Below, piece after piece: positions 48,268 to 58,400 of a stretch of DNA of 58,853 nt. Source of the stretch: Minisyncoccia bacterium. GTDB taxonomy: Bacteria > Patescibacteriota > Minisyncoccia > Phycocordibacterales > UBA9973. The position numbers were made by a program, and so were the translations under genes. The notes under the pieces were generated by a model. It did no database searches. It worked only from the letters and a program-made list of their open reading frames with translations, and was not told the DNA's origin. The stretch spans positions 1-58,853 of the forward strand of contig JBBRWS010000008.1 of the NCBI GenBank assembly GCA_038249055.1, in the 5' to 3' direction. Each line of letters starts with the position of its first letter. Position 1 is the stretch's first letter.

Positions 48268-49137
48268 ATGTCCCACCAGAAAACGGCTATTAAAACAATT
48301 TACTTTAGTATTATTAGTAGCGCTCTTCTAGCAACTATTAAATGGATTGCAGGCTACTTTGGTAATTCTTATGCTTTAATCGCAGACGCAATAGAATCTA
48401 CAACTGATATTTTTTCTTCAACCTTAGTTTTACTTGGTCTTAAATATTCAAATAAACCAGCTGACAAAAATCACCCTTACGGACACGGTAGAATAGAACC
48501 TTTGGTTACTTTTCTAGTTGTTGGTTTTCTAATATTTTCTGCGGTAATAATTACTCGTCAAGCTCTGATAAATATACAAACTCCTCATGAGTTACCAAAA
48601 GCGTATACGCTAATAATATTGGGCGGAATTATTATATGGAAAGAAACTTCATATAGGTTAGTTTTAAAAAAGAGCAAAGAAACTAAAAGTTCGTCTTTAA
48701 AAGCAGATGCTTGGCACCACAGAAGTGATGCTATTACTTCTGTGGCAGCATTTATTGGAATAACCATAGCCTTAACGTTAGGCAAAGGATATGAATATGC
48801 AGATGACTGGGCAGCTATTTTTGCGGCTATCTTTATTCTTTATAATTGTTATAAAATTTTTAGACCAGCACTTGGTGAAATTATGGATGAACACACCCAT
48901 GATGATATTATTGAAAAAATTAGAGAAATATCTAAAAAAACGGAGGGGGTTATAGACACAGAAAAATGTTTTGTTAGAAAAACTGGAATGAGATTTCATG
49001 TAGATTTACATATTACTGTTAATTCCCAAATAACTGTAAAAAGTGGACACGAAATCTCTCATAAACTTAAAAATAGACTTGAAGAAGAATTACCAGAAGT
49101 ATCAAATGTATTGATACATATTGAACCAAATGAGTAA
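48268..49137 (+). CDS. cation diffusion facilitator (FieF-like)
   Basis: ALIADAIES..D, HPYGHGRIE, ADAWHHRSD, VDLHI, IHIEP. Confidence 0.93.
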   Translation: MSHQKTAIKTIYFSIISSALLATIKWIAGYFGNSYALIADAIESTTDIFSSTLVLLGLKYSNKPADKNHPYGHGRIEPLVTFLVVGFLIFSAVIITRQALINIQTPHELPKAYTLIILGGIIIWKETSYRLVLKKSKETKSSSLKADAWHHRSDAITSVAAFIGITIALTLGKGYEYADDWAAIFAAIFILYNCYKIFRPALGEIMDEHTHDDIIEKIREISKKTEGVIDTEKCFVRKTGMRFHVDLHITVNSQITVKSGHEISHKLKNRLEEELPEVSNVLIHIEPNE

Positions 49138-49202
49138 ACAATGTTTTGCTTTGACCCTTATTACACTTGCTTATTCTATTTAAATATAGTACTATAGAGC
49201 TC

Positions 49203-49436
49203 ATGATGATTATTGCTAATATATTGCCTTATATACAAATTATACTATCGATTATTTTAGTTGCTGCCATCCTGCTTCAACAATCTAGTGCAGGAGTTGG
49301 AGGAGCGCTAGGAGGAGGAGATGGAGGTGGACTTTATAGTACACGTCGTGGTTTTGAGAAATTTCTATTTATTTTAACGATTGTTATTAGTATTCTTTTT
49401 GTCGCATCATCTTTCATAACTATGTTTCTCAAATAA
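49203..49436 (+). CDS. secG: preprotein translocase SecG
   Basis: ILLQQ...GGALGG...TRRGFEK two-TM pattern. Confidence 0.88.
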   Translation: MMIIANILPYIQIILSIILVAAILLQQSSAGVGGALGGGDGGGLYSTRRGFEKFLFILTIVISILFVASSFITMFLK

Positions 49437-49480
49437 TAAAGCTTTTTATCTCTAGCTAATTATCTTGATTAAGTGCTTTT

Positions 49481-51280
49481 ATGCGTAAATTTATTCTATT
49501 TATTAAAGAATTTCATATTTATAAGAAAAAAGAACTTCTAGATGCCATTGCATCTTTTTCTAAAAAACAATTCCTAATTTTTATAGGAATTTTGTTTGTT
49601 GCATTTATTTCAATGATAATTCTATTGGGTAAAATTAATGCTATTTTTTTAGTTGATATTCCAATAAAAGGAGGCTCGATTACAGAGGGTATCGTTGGTG
49701 TACCAACCCTTATTAATCCAGTAATTGCTATGTCAGACGCAGATAAAGATTTAACATCCATAGTTTATTCAGGGTTAATGAGAAAAACATCTGATGGAAA
49801 ATTTATACCTGATTTAGCAGAATCATTTACTATATCTCCTGATGGAACAACCTACACATTTATAATTAAAAAAGATGTAAAATTTCATAATGGTACAAAA
49901 ATCACAGCTGAAGACGTTCTTTTTACAATTGAAAAAATAAAAGACCCAATTATTAAAAGCCCAAGAAAAATGGGGTGGGATGGAGTTAATGTTAATAAGA
50001 AAGATGACCATACTGTTGTATTTACACTAGCCCAACCTTATATATCATTTTTAGATAATACAACTATCGGGATACTTCCTTCTAGTTTATGGAAAAATGT
50101 TAAAGCTAGTGAATTCAATTTGTCTACTCTTAACACAAAAGCAATAGGTTCAGGTCCTTATAAAATAAATTCCGTAATAAAAAATAAGGATGGGGTTTCT
50201 GAACAATATAAACTTGTAAGATTTAATAATTTTTCTCTTGGAAAACCTCTCATTAAAAATTTTAATATTATATCTTACGCAAACGAAAAAGATTTATTAA
50301 AAGCATTGCTTAATAATTCTATCGATCAAGCAGGTGGTATAACTCCAGAAAACACTGAGAATATAAAAAAAGGTAAATATACAATTCATACTGCTACTTT
50401 GCCAAGAATTTTTGGAATTTTCTTTAATAGTAACAAAAACAAAATTTTTAGTGACCAGGTTATACTTAAAGCTTTTGATAAAACATTAAATAGACAAGAA
50501 ATTATTGATGATGTATTAGGGGGTTTTGGTTCTATAGTTTATAACCCTATACCTGAAAAAATCATACAAAGTGATGAGAATGTAAATTTTAACGAAAAAA
50601 TAATAGACGAAACAAATCTTATGTTGGATCATGCTGGATGGATAAAAGGAGAAGATGGAATCAGAACAAAAGGAGGAAGTAAAACAAGTACTATAACTAA
50701 AAAAGTAGGAAATAAAACTGTTACTCAAACAGTTAAAAACACAACTCCAGCGGTAAGGCTCTCTTTTTCTTTAACTACAGGAGATACTCCGGAGTTAAAA
50801 CAAACAACATTTCTAATTAAAGAACAATTAGCAAAAATTGGCGCAGAAGTTGATATAATGAAAGTCTATGAGACGGGCCAATTAAATCAAATTATAAGAG
50901 CTCGTGATTATGAAGCATTATTCTTTGGACAAGTAATTAATCATGAATCTGATTTATATTCCTTCTGGCATTCATCTCAAAGAGCTGATCCAGGATTAAA
51001 TATAGCTATGTATAATAATAATAAAGTTGATACTATCCTTGAGTCAGTACAAAAAATATTAAATGAAGAAGATCGAATTGTAAAATATAGTGACCTTGAG
51101 AAAGAATTTAAAGCAAATATCCCCGCTTTATTAATATACTCACCAAAATATTTATACGTAACATCATCAAAACTTAATAATATGTCTTTTGAGAATATAA
51201 CTATTCCATCAGATCGTTTTACTTCAATTTATACATGGTCTGCAGATACAGATCAAGTATGGAAAATTTTTGCAAAATAA
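49481..51280 (+). CDS. family 5 ABC substrate-binding protein (OppA/DppA-like), TM-anchored
   Basis: VYSGL, PDLAESF.IS.DG..YTF, FHNG..ITAEDV.FT, IGSGPY. Confidence 0.9.
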   Translation: MRKFILFIKEFHIYKKKELLDAIASFSKKQFLIFIGILFVAFISMIILLGKINAIFLVDIPIKGGSITEGIVGVPTLINPVIAMSDADKDLTSIVYSGLMRKTSDGKFIPDLAESFTISPDGTTYTFIIKKDVKFHNGTKITAEDVLFTIEKIKDPIIKSPRKMGWDGVNVNKKDDHTVVFTLAQPYISFLDNTTIGILPSSLWKNVKASEFNLSTLNTKAIGSGPYKINSVIKNKDGVSEQYKLVRFNNFSLGKPLIKNFNIISYANEKDLLKALLNNSIDQAGGITPENTENIKKGKYTIHTATLPRIFGIFFNSNKNKIFSDQVILKAFDKTLNRQEIIDDVLGGFGSIVYNPIPEKIIQSDENVNFNEKIIDETNLMLDHAGWIKGEDGIRTKGGSKTSTITKKVGNKTVTQTVKNTTPAVRLSFSLTTGDTPELKQTTFLIKEQLAKIGAEVDIMKVYETGQLNQIIRARDYEALFFGQVINHESDLYSFWHSSQRADPGLNIAMYNNNKVDTILESVQKILNEEDRIVKYSDLEKEFKANIPALLIYSPKYLYVTSSKLNNMSFENITIPSDRFTSIYTWSADTDQVWKIFAK

Positions 51281-51386
51281 TAAATAGCTGTAAAAACAGG
51301 ATAATTTAGTAAAAATATTATAAATCTAAAAAACATTAAAAATTAAAAAGAATGATAAAAAAAATAATATCATTCTTAAATACAGG

Positions 51387-53369
51387 ATGAACGAGATACC
51401 AAAAAATACACAAAACCCTAAACAAAAAAATAGCCAGGGTTTTAGTTATCATAAACAAGGAAATATTCGTGTTTTACATAAAACACAACAACCCACAACA
51501 AAGGTAAATACAACCGCCAAGCAGCCTTCTTATTCTAGTGATAAGACAACGGGAACTACAAAGAAAATCAATCGAGGGAGCTATCAATACAGCAATTTAA
51601 AAAACAACAGAAGACCAAGAGCAGAATCACCTACGACACAGAATAAAACTACCTATACAAAAAATAAAACAGCTCCTATCCCTCCCCCAGAAAAAGGAGT
51701 GATCAGAATAATCCCACTTGGTGGAGTCGAAGAAATAGGGAAAAATATGACTGCCATTGAAATTGGTGATGATATTATTGTGATTGATGCTGGTATGCAA
51801 TTTAAAACAGAAGATACCCCTGGTATTGATTATATTATTCCAAATACTACATACCTTGAAGAGCGTAAAGACAAAATAAGAGCAATGCTTGTAACTCACG
51901 GACACTTAGACCATATTGGAGGCATTCCTCTTGTTATGAGTCGTATTGGTAACCCCCCACTATATTCTAGGAATCTTTCAATCCTCGTTATGAAAAAACG
52001 TCAGGAAGAATTTTCTCATTTACCACCTCTTGACGCACATATAGTAGAAAAAGATTCTGTAATTTATGCTGGTAATCTTAGAATTCGTTTTTTTGGAGTA
52101 ACTCACACTATGCCTGATTCTATGGGAATAGTAATTGAAACCCCTTATGGTTCAATAGTAACTCCGGGAGACTATAAACTAGACCAAATCGACGGTAAGG
52201 TAAGCGATGAAGAAGAAAAAGAATATGCTTTTTTTGATAAAGAAAAAGTCCTATTACTTTTAACTGACTCTACAAACATTGAGAATGAAGGATTTTCTCT
52301 TCCAGAAGTTCGTGTTCACGAAGGATTGGATAAAGTAATAAGACAAGGAACAGGACGTATAATTATCTCAGCTTTTGCTTCATCAATTACACGTCTAATG
52401 AAAATAGTTGAGATAGCTGAATCTCTAGGTAAAAAAGTTGTACTTGACGGAAGATCCCTTAAAACAAACATGGAAGTATGTGAGCAAGCAGGAATATTCA
52501 AACCAAAAAAAGGCACGATTATTCCAGTTGAAGATGTTGATAATTACCCTCCAAATAAGGTTCTAATTATGATGACGGGTGCTCAAGGAGAGGAATTTGC
52601 AGCACTAGGTCGTGCAGCAAATAAAACTCATAAAAAATTTACTATTCGTCCAGGCGATACTATAATTCTTTCATCTTCTATAGTTCCAGGTAATGAAATT
52701 GCAGTACAACATTTAAAAGATAATCTATCTCGTCATGGAGTACGTATTATTAGTTATAGAACTAGTGAAGAATATATCCATGCAACTGGCCACGGAAACC
52801 AAGAAGATATTAAGTGGCTACACAGAAAGACTCACCCAAAATTCTTTATTCCAATTCATGGATGGCATTCAATGCTTGTAAAACACAAAGAAGTTGCTAT
52901 GTCACTTGGAATGTCTGGTGATAATATAATAGTACCTGATAATGGTTCTATTATTGAAATAATTGATGATGGAAATAAAATAGTTCTTCGTAAAGAAAAA
53001 GCACCGTCAGGTCCTATGATGGTAGATGGATTTTCCGTGGGAGATGAGCAAGATGTTGTAATTAGAGACAGAGTTATGCTTGCCCAAGATGGAATGTTTG
53101 TTCTTATTGCAACTATTGATTCTGAAACAGGTAAATTAAGGAAGTCTCCAGATATAATATCTCGTGGATTTATTTATTTAAAAGAAAACCAAGAATTACT
53201 GCACCAAGTTCGTTTAATCATAAAGAAAACTGTTGAAGATGAGACTCTTGGAATGAATCCAATTAATTTTGATGTAATAAAAACATCTCTAGGAGATAAT
53301 ATATCTAAATTTCTTTTTCAAAAGACAGCAAAGAGACCTATCGTCATACCAGTATTATTAAGTATTTAA
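51387..53369 (+). CDS. rnj: ribonuclease J with ~100-aa disordered N-terminal extension
   Basis: PLGGVEEIGKNM, THGHLDHIG, HATGH, PIHG. Confidence 0.95.
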   Translation: MNEIPKNTQNPKQKNSQGFSYHKQGNIRVLHKTQQPTTKVNTTAKQPSYSSDKTTGTTKKINRGSYQYSNLKNNRRPRAESPTTQNKTTYTKNKTAPIPPPEKGVIRIIPLGGVEEIGKNMTAIEIGDDIIVIDAGMQFKTEDTPGIDYIIPNTTYLEERKDKIRAMLVTHGHLDHIGGIPLVMSRIGNPPLYSRNLSILVMKKRQEEFSHLPPLDAHIVEKDSVIYAGNLRIRFFGVTHTMPDSMGIVIETPYGSIVTPGDYKLDQIDGKVSDEEEKEYAFFDKEKVLLLLTDSTNIENEGFSLPEVRVHEGLDKVIRQGTGRIIISAFASSITRLMKIVEIAESLGKKVVLDGRSLKTNMEVCEQAGIFKPKKGTIIPVEDVDNYPPNKVLIMMTGAQGEEFAALGRAANKTHKKFTIRPGDTIILSSSIVPGNEIAVQHLKDNLSRHGVRIISYRTSEEYIHATGHGNQEDIKWLHRKTHPKFFIPIHGWHSMLVKHKEVAMSLGMSGDNIIVPDNGSIIEIIDDGNKIVLRKEKAPSGPMMVDGFSVGDEQDVVIRDRVMLAQDGMFVLIATIDSETGKLRKSPDIISRGFIYLKENQELLHQVRLIIKKTVEDETLGMNPINFDVIKTSLGDNISKFLFQKTAKRPIVIPVLLSI

Positions 53370-53477
53370 CAATACATTACTTCACTAAATATTAAAATTT
53401 TGTATGGCTCCTAAGGATAAAGGCCAAGCGCGCTCAAAAATTTTATATTTAATTATGTGTATTAATAAAAATAAAGA

Positions 53478-54650
53478 ATGAACTTCACAAAAATAAATAG
53501 GATGTACATATTGTCTTTTCTTTTTACACTTCATATAGCACTTTCTGCTTATGTTAATTCCACATTTTTATCTAATATAATTTCAGAAAAATATGTTGGT
53601 ATATTATATACATTGGCTTCTCTTACAACTTTATTATTATTATCAAAAAGTTCAAGTGTTCTAAAATTCTTTGGTAATAAAAAATTAACTTTGTGGTTAT
53701 TGCTTGCCAATATGCTGTCTTTAGTTGGAATGATTACATCTCAAAATCCTTATATTGTTGGAACTTCTTTTGTTGTCTTTGTCTCAACAAATACTCAAAT
53801 ATTATTTTGTATTGATATCTTTATTGAACACTTTGGAGATAAAAATACAGTCGGGAAAACTAGAGGTCTTTATTTAACTATAATAAACCTTGCTTGGATG
53901 CTGTCTCCCCTTTTAACATCTTTTTTAATAACAAAAGAAGGAGGATATAAAACAATATATATTGTGGCTTTTATTGCAACAATTATAATGACTATAGGAT
54001 TATTCTTTTCAGTTAAAACATTTGAAGATAAAACTTACAAAAAAACTCCATTCTTAGAAACATATAGGTATTTAAAAACAAACCACCACATGCTCGCAAT
54101 TACAATGATTAATTTTATTTTGCAATTCTTTTATGCATGGATGGTTATTTATACCCCTATATACCTATATCAACATATCGGGTTAGGGTGGAATCAAATA
54201 GGTATTATATTTGTAATAATGCTTTCCCCTTTTGTTATATTTGGATTACCAGTTGGTATACTTATAGATAAATATCATATAAGAAAAAGAACACTTTTAT
54301 ATTTTGGTTTTTTTATTGTTAGCATCTCAACATTCCTTATTTCAGGAATAACATCTCAAAGTGTTATATTATGGAGTATAGTACTATTTATGACTAGAGT
54401 TGGAGCAAGTATAATAGAAACAGCTTCAGAAATTTATTTCTTTACGCATATTAAAGAAGAGGAAACATATTTGCTTAGTATTTATAGAGATATGAATCCA
54501 GTTGCATATATTGTCGCTCCTCTTTTAGGCACTGTAATTCTTTTATACCTACCATTTAAATTTTTGTTCATTATTTTATTTATTATTTTATTGTCTGGTT
54601 TTTATTATATTCCTCGACTAAAACATGATCATAAAATAAATGAAGTTTAA
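53478..54650 (+). CDS. MFS transporter
   Basis: About 12 TM; G.LIDKY..RK loop motif. Confidence 0.85.
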   Translation: MNFTKINRMYILSFLFTLHIALSAYVNSTFLSNIISEKYVGILYTLASLTTLLLLSKSSSVLKFFGNKKLTLWLLLANMLSLVGMITSQNPYIVGTSFVVFVSTNTQILFCIDIFIEHFGDKNTVGKTRGLYLTIINLAWMLSPLLTSFLITKEGGYKTIYIVAFIATIIMTIGLFFSVKTFEDKTYKKTPFLETYRYLKTNHHMLAITMINFILQFFYAWMVIYTPIYLYQHIGLGWNQIGIIFVIMLSPFVIFGLPVGILIDKYHIRKRTLLYFGFFIVSISTFLISGITSQSVILWSIVLFMTRVGASIIETASEIYFFTHIKEEETYLLSIYRDMNPVAYIVAPLLGTVILLYLPFKFLFIILFIILLSGFYYIPRLKHDHKINEV

Positions 54651-54735
54651 AAAGACCATTATTATTAATATATTCTTTCTAATCACATTTTAATTCATAA
54701 AAAATAAAAATGAATTAGCAGGAAAATTTAAATAT

Positions 54736-55446
54736 ATGAATATAGAATATCCAATCAGAATAAATAAATATTTAGCACTTCATAATTTTTCTACAAGAGT
54801 AGGAGGAGATGAGCTTATAAAAAAGGGTCTTGTTACAATAAATGGTAGGAAGGCAGTTTTAGGAGATAAAGTAAATGAGAGCGATGAGGTTATTGTTAAA
54901 ACAAAGGGTGCAAAAAAAGAATATGTATATTATGCATACAACAAAGATATAAATGTATCTACAAATCCAGACCCTGCAAGTAAGGACATCCTTCAAGTAA
55001 CCAGGTTCCCTTCCAAAGTTTTTCCAGTAGGAAGACTCGATAAGGACTCTCATGGACTCATAATAGTAACAGATGATGGACGAATAACTGACAGACTATT
55101 ATCACCTAAATACGTTCATGAAAAAGAATATACAGTAAAAGTAGATAAACCATTTTCAGATACTTTTTTGACTATGATGGGGAATGGTGTTCATTTTGAT
55201 GGATTTATTAGTAAAAAGTGTAAAGTATGGAGAATGGGTAAATCTAAAGATACATTCCATATAGTCCTTACAGAGGGCAAGAAACGCCAAATAAGACGTA
55301 TGTGTGAGGCATTACACCATAATGTAATAAATTTAAAACGTATCCGTGTTATGAATATAGAATTAGGAAAGATTCCTCTTGGTGGATTTAGAGAAATTAA
55401 GGGTAAAGAATTGGAGGAATTTCTAACTTCATTAAATCTAATCTAA
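54736..55446 (+). CDS. RsuA/RluB/RluF-family rRNA pseudouridine synthase with S4 domain
   Basis: RINKYLA, VGRLDKDSHGL, EKEY, LTEGKKRQIRRM. Confidence 0.93.
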   Translation: MNIEYPIRINKYLALHNFSTRVGGDELIKKGLVTINGRKAVLGDKVNESDEVIVKTKGAKKEYVYYAYNKDINVSTNPDPASKDILQVTRFPSKVFPVGRLDKDSHGLIIVTDDGRITDRLLSPKYVHEKEYTVKVDKPFSDTFLTMMGNGVHFDGFISKKCKVWRMGKSKDTFHIVLTEGKKRQIRRMCEALHHNVINLKRIRVMNIELGKIPLGGFREIKGKELEEFLTSLNLI

Positions 55447-55491
55447 ATAAAAAACCCTCCAATTTAAATTGGAGGGTTTTTTATTTAGATT
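55440..55491. terminator. bidirectional terminator
   Basis: AATCTAAATAAAAAACCCTCCAATT/AATTGGAGGGTTTTTTATTTAGATT. Confidence 0.88.
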
Positions 55492-55493
55492 TT

Positions 55494-58400
55494 TTAATTA
55501 TCTAATCCGGCTTTTACTCGACTGAAATAACCAAATTTTCCGTCAGGAGTAAGACCATTTGCAGCTTGCCATTCTGCAACTTTTCTTGCAGTCATAGGAC
55601 CAAAATTTCCATCAATATCTAACCCTAGGAATTCTTGAAGTCTTTTAACATCCTCACCTTTAACGCCAATCTTAAGAGTTCTAAATATTTTGGCATTATA
55701 CATTGCCATTGGAGTAGTACCGGGATTATTTTTAATATAAGTAGTTGAACTACCTACATTTACACTCAAACTTGTCTCTGCACTTCCTCCGTTAGAAGGA
55801 CAAGGTGTTGTAATACATCGGATTGTATTTTCACTTGTAGCTGTAAAGATTGGTGTATATATTCCTGGTTGTGAATAAGAATGAGTAAATGTTGCAGTTT
55901 GTTGTGGCGCAGTTGCACTCTTTAACCAAGGTGTAGCTGTCGGCTCTCCCCAATCAACAGAATAGGAAAGATTTCCACCATTTGGATTAGATGCAGTTAT
56001 TGTCCATGTTCCTGTTTGATTTAAAGCGAGTGATTGTGGACCAGAAACTCCAGAGATTACGGGACCATTTGAGTTTACACATTTATATGAAATTATACAT
56101 TTATTATAATCTTGAACTGCTTCAATTTTTCCATTAAAACAATAGCTAGGTGCTGGTTGTGAAATTAATGGACAAGAAATATTTTCTGAAGTTATTGTGA
56201 ATAAACCATCAGATAGGCCATCTCCATCAAGTAATAATGAATTTCTTCTAATAACAAACTGATATTCACCTGAAGGAAGATTACTTCCTAAAGTAACAGT
56301 TTGAATACCATCATTTGGAGTTGCCTCTGAAAGAGTAGTCCATCCACCATAGAAATCCCCACTCTTGTAGGCTCTTGTTATTTCTATTAATACAGTTTCA
56401 GAAGATGGAATATTTTCAGTCTTCCATTTAGCGGTAATTTGTTGTCCTGCTTTAAATATCTCCCCTCCTTTAGGGTAAAGAACCGAGAGTGAAGGAGTAG
56501 AATCTGACGCAACTATTGTAAACAAATCAGATCTGTCTGAAACACTTGTTTTACCATCTGAGGCTAAAGTACTAATTGTTATTTTATAATCACCAGTTTT
56601 TACATTTGCATAGTCACTTGTAGGAATTTTAAATGTTTCTATTCCGTCGTTTGTAGTGAAAATAGCCGGTACATTCTTATCTTCAGTAAGATATATAATA
56701 ACACCACTATTAACATTTTCCAGTGTCATAACTACCTGACTAGTTGGTAATACACCATTACTATTCCATTTTACAGTAATTTGATTACCTATTTTAAATC
56801 TATCACCTTCACCTGGAGAAAGAACATTTATAGAAGAAGTGGTATTTGATTTAATAGTAATTGTATTCCCATTAATTTTTTGAGGACTCATTACTGCACC
56901 AGGTGCATCAAAATTTAATCCCCAATTACCAACAGAGAATGTTCCCAATAAAGCACTATTTGGAATATCAGCTAGAACTCTAAAAACTTTCTTTGTTCCA
57001 GCTGGTATAGAAACTGATGCTGGAGAATTAACCCATGCATAATAATATTCACCATTATAATCAAATTTATTTATTGTTTGTCCAACCTGTTTGTTTGTTG
57101 ATGAATCAAAAACCTTAACATGATTGATATAATTATTTAGATTTGCAGATGAAGCTAAATGAAGACCGTTTAAGAACACTTCAGTTGTACCTGTATTACG
57201 TAGGGCAATACTTACGACTTCAACATCATTGGAACCAGAGGATACGGTCATATCTACATGACTGTTAGTATCTAAGGACTGAGTTATTTTGCCTAAATTG
57301 TCTGATACAGATTCCACGCACTTATAAGACATTCTTGTACTTGGGTAATAATTTAAATTATATCTTTCCTGCCAAGTATTAATTGTTTCTGTTTTGTATT
57401 CAACTACACTTGTTGTATTTGGATACCATTTTTTACAGTATGTGAGTTTATCAATATCAGCACCTGAAACTCCATCTGCATCTGTTTGCCACATTTTTGA
57501 AGCAACATCTACGTGTTGATTTACTTTACCTTGCCATACCGAGATACGAGGAGTTAGGTCGGTTGTTGGTGTGATAGGAACGACAGTATCGGAAACTATA
57601 AAGGCATTATCACTATAATCACAAGTACCTATGGACAAACCACAAACTCCAATTCTATATTGAGCACCAGGTACAACAGAGATAGAATTAGGTCCAGTAC
57701 TTGGTCCAGACATTTTCAAATTAGTGTCCCAGATATAACTACCATAGTTTGCAACGTTATATGCAATAGTAAATTCTGACTGACAGCCAGTATAGGGAGC
57801 TGGAGGACAGATTACTCCCTCCTTTTTTAAAGACAAGGACACATTATTACCACTTAGAGGTCCTTGAGATTCCCAAGTAATATTATATTTATCACCCATT
57901 TTTATACTCTCTCCGCCATTTGGAGATAGAACTTTTATTGTTGAAGTTGAGACACTTTGAACACATTTATATGTCATTCTTGTACTTGGGTAATCATTTA
58001 TATTACCTCTATCATGCCATGCGTTGATTGTTTCATTTTTGTATTCAACTACACTTGTTGTATTTGGATACCATTTTTTACAATATGTAAGCTTATCGAT
58101 TTCTGCTCCTGAAACTCCATCAGGGTCTGTATTCCACATCTTTGCAGATACCTCTACGTGTTGGTTTACTTTACCTTGCCATACTGAAATACGAGGAGTT
58201 AAGTCTGATGTTGGAGTGATTTGAGCTACGGTACCAATAGTACAAACTGGAAATGTACTTTCTGTTCCAGAAATGTAATCTGTCATATAAGTTACATCGA
58301 GAACACTTACTTTACCATCCTTATTCACATCTGCTCTCTTAGTTTGATCATAGATGAAATAATTTAATCCACCAATATTTTCTTGAATAGTTATTATATC

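Noticed and set aside
927-58224. Many short antisense ORFs in the track (e.g. 4052..4330, 6767..7174, 28656..29036)
   Set aside because: They lie opposite well-supported genes and lack independent motifs.
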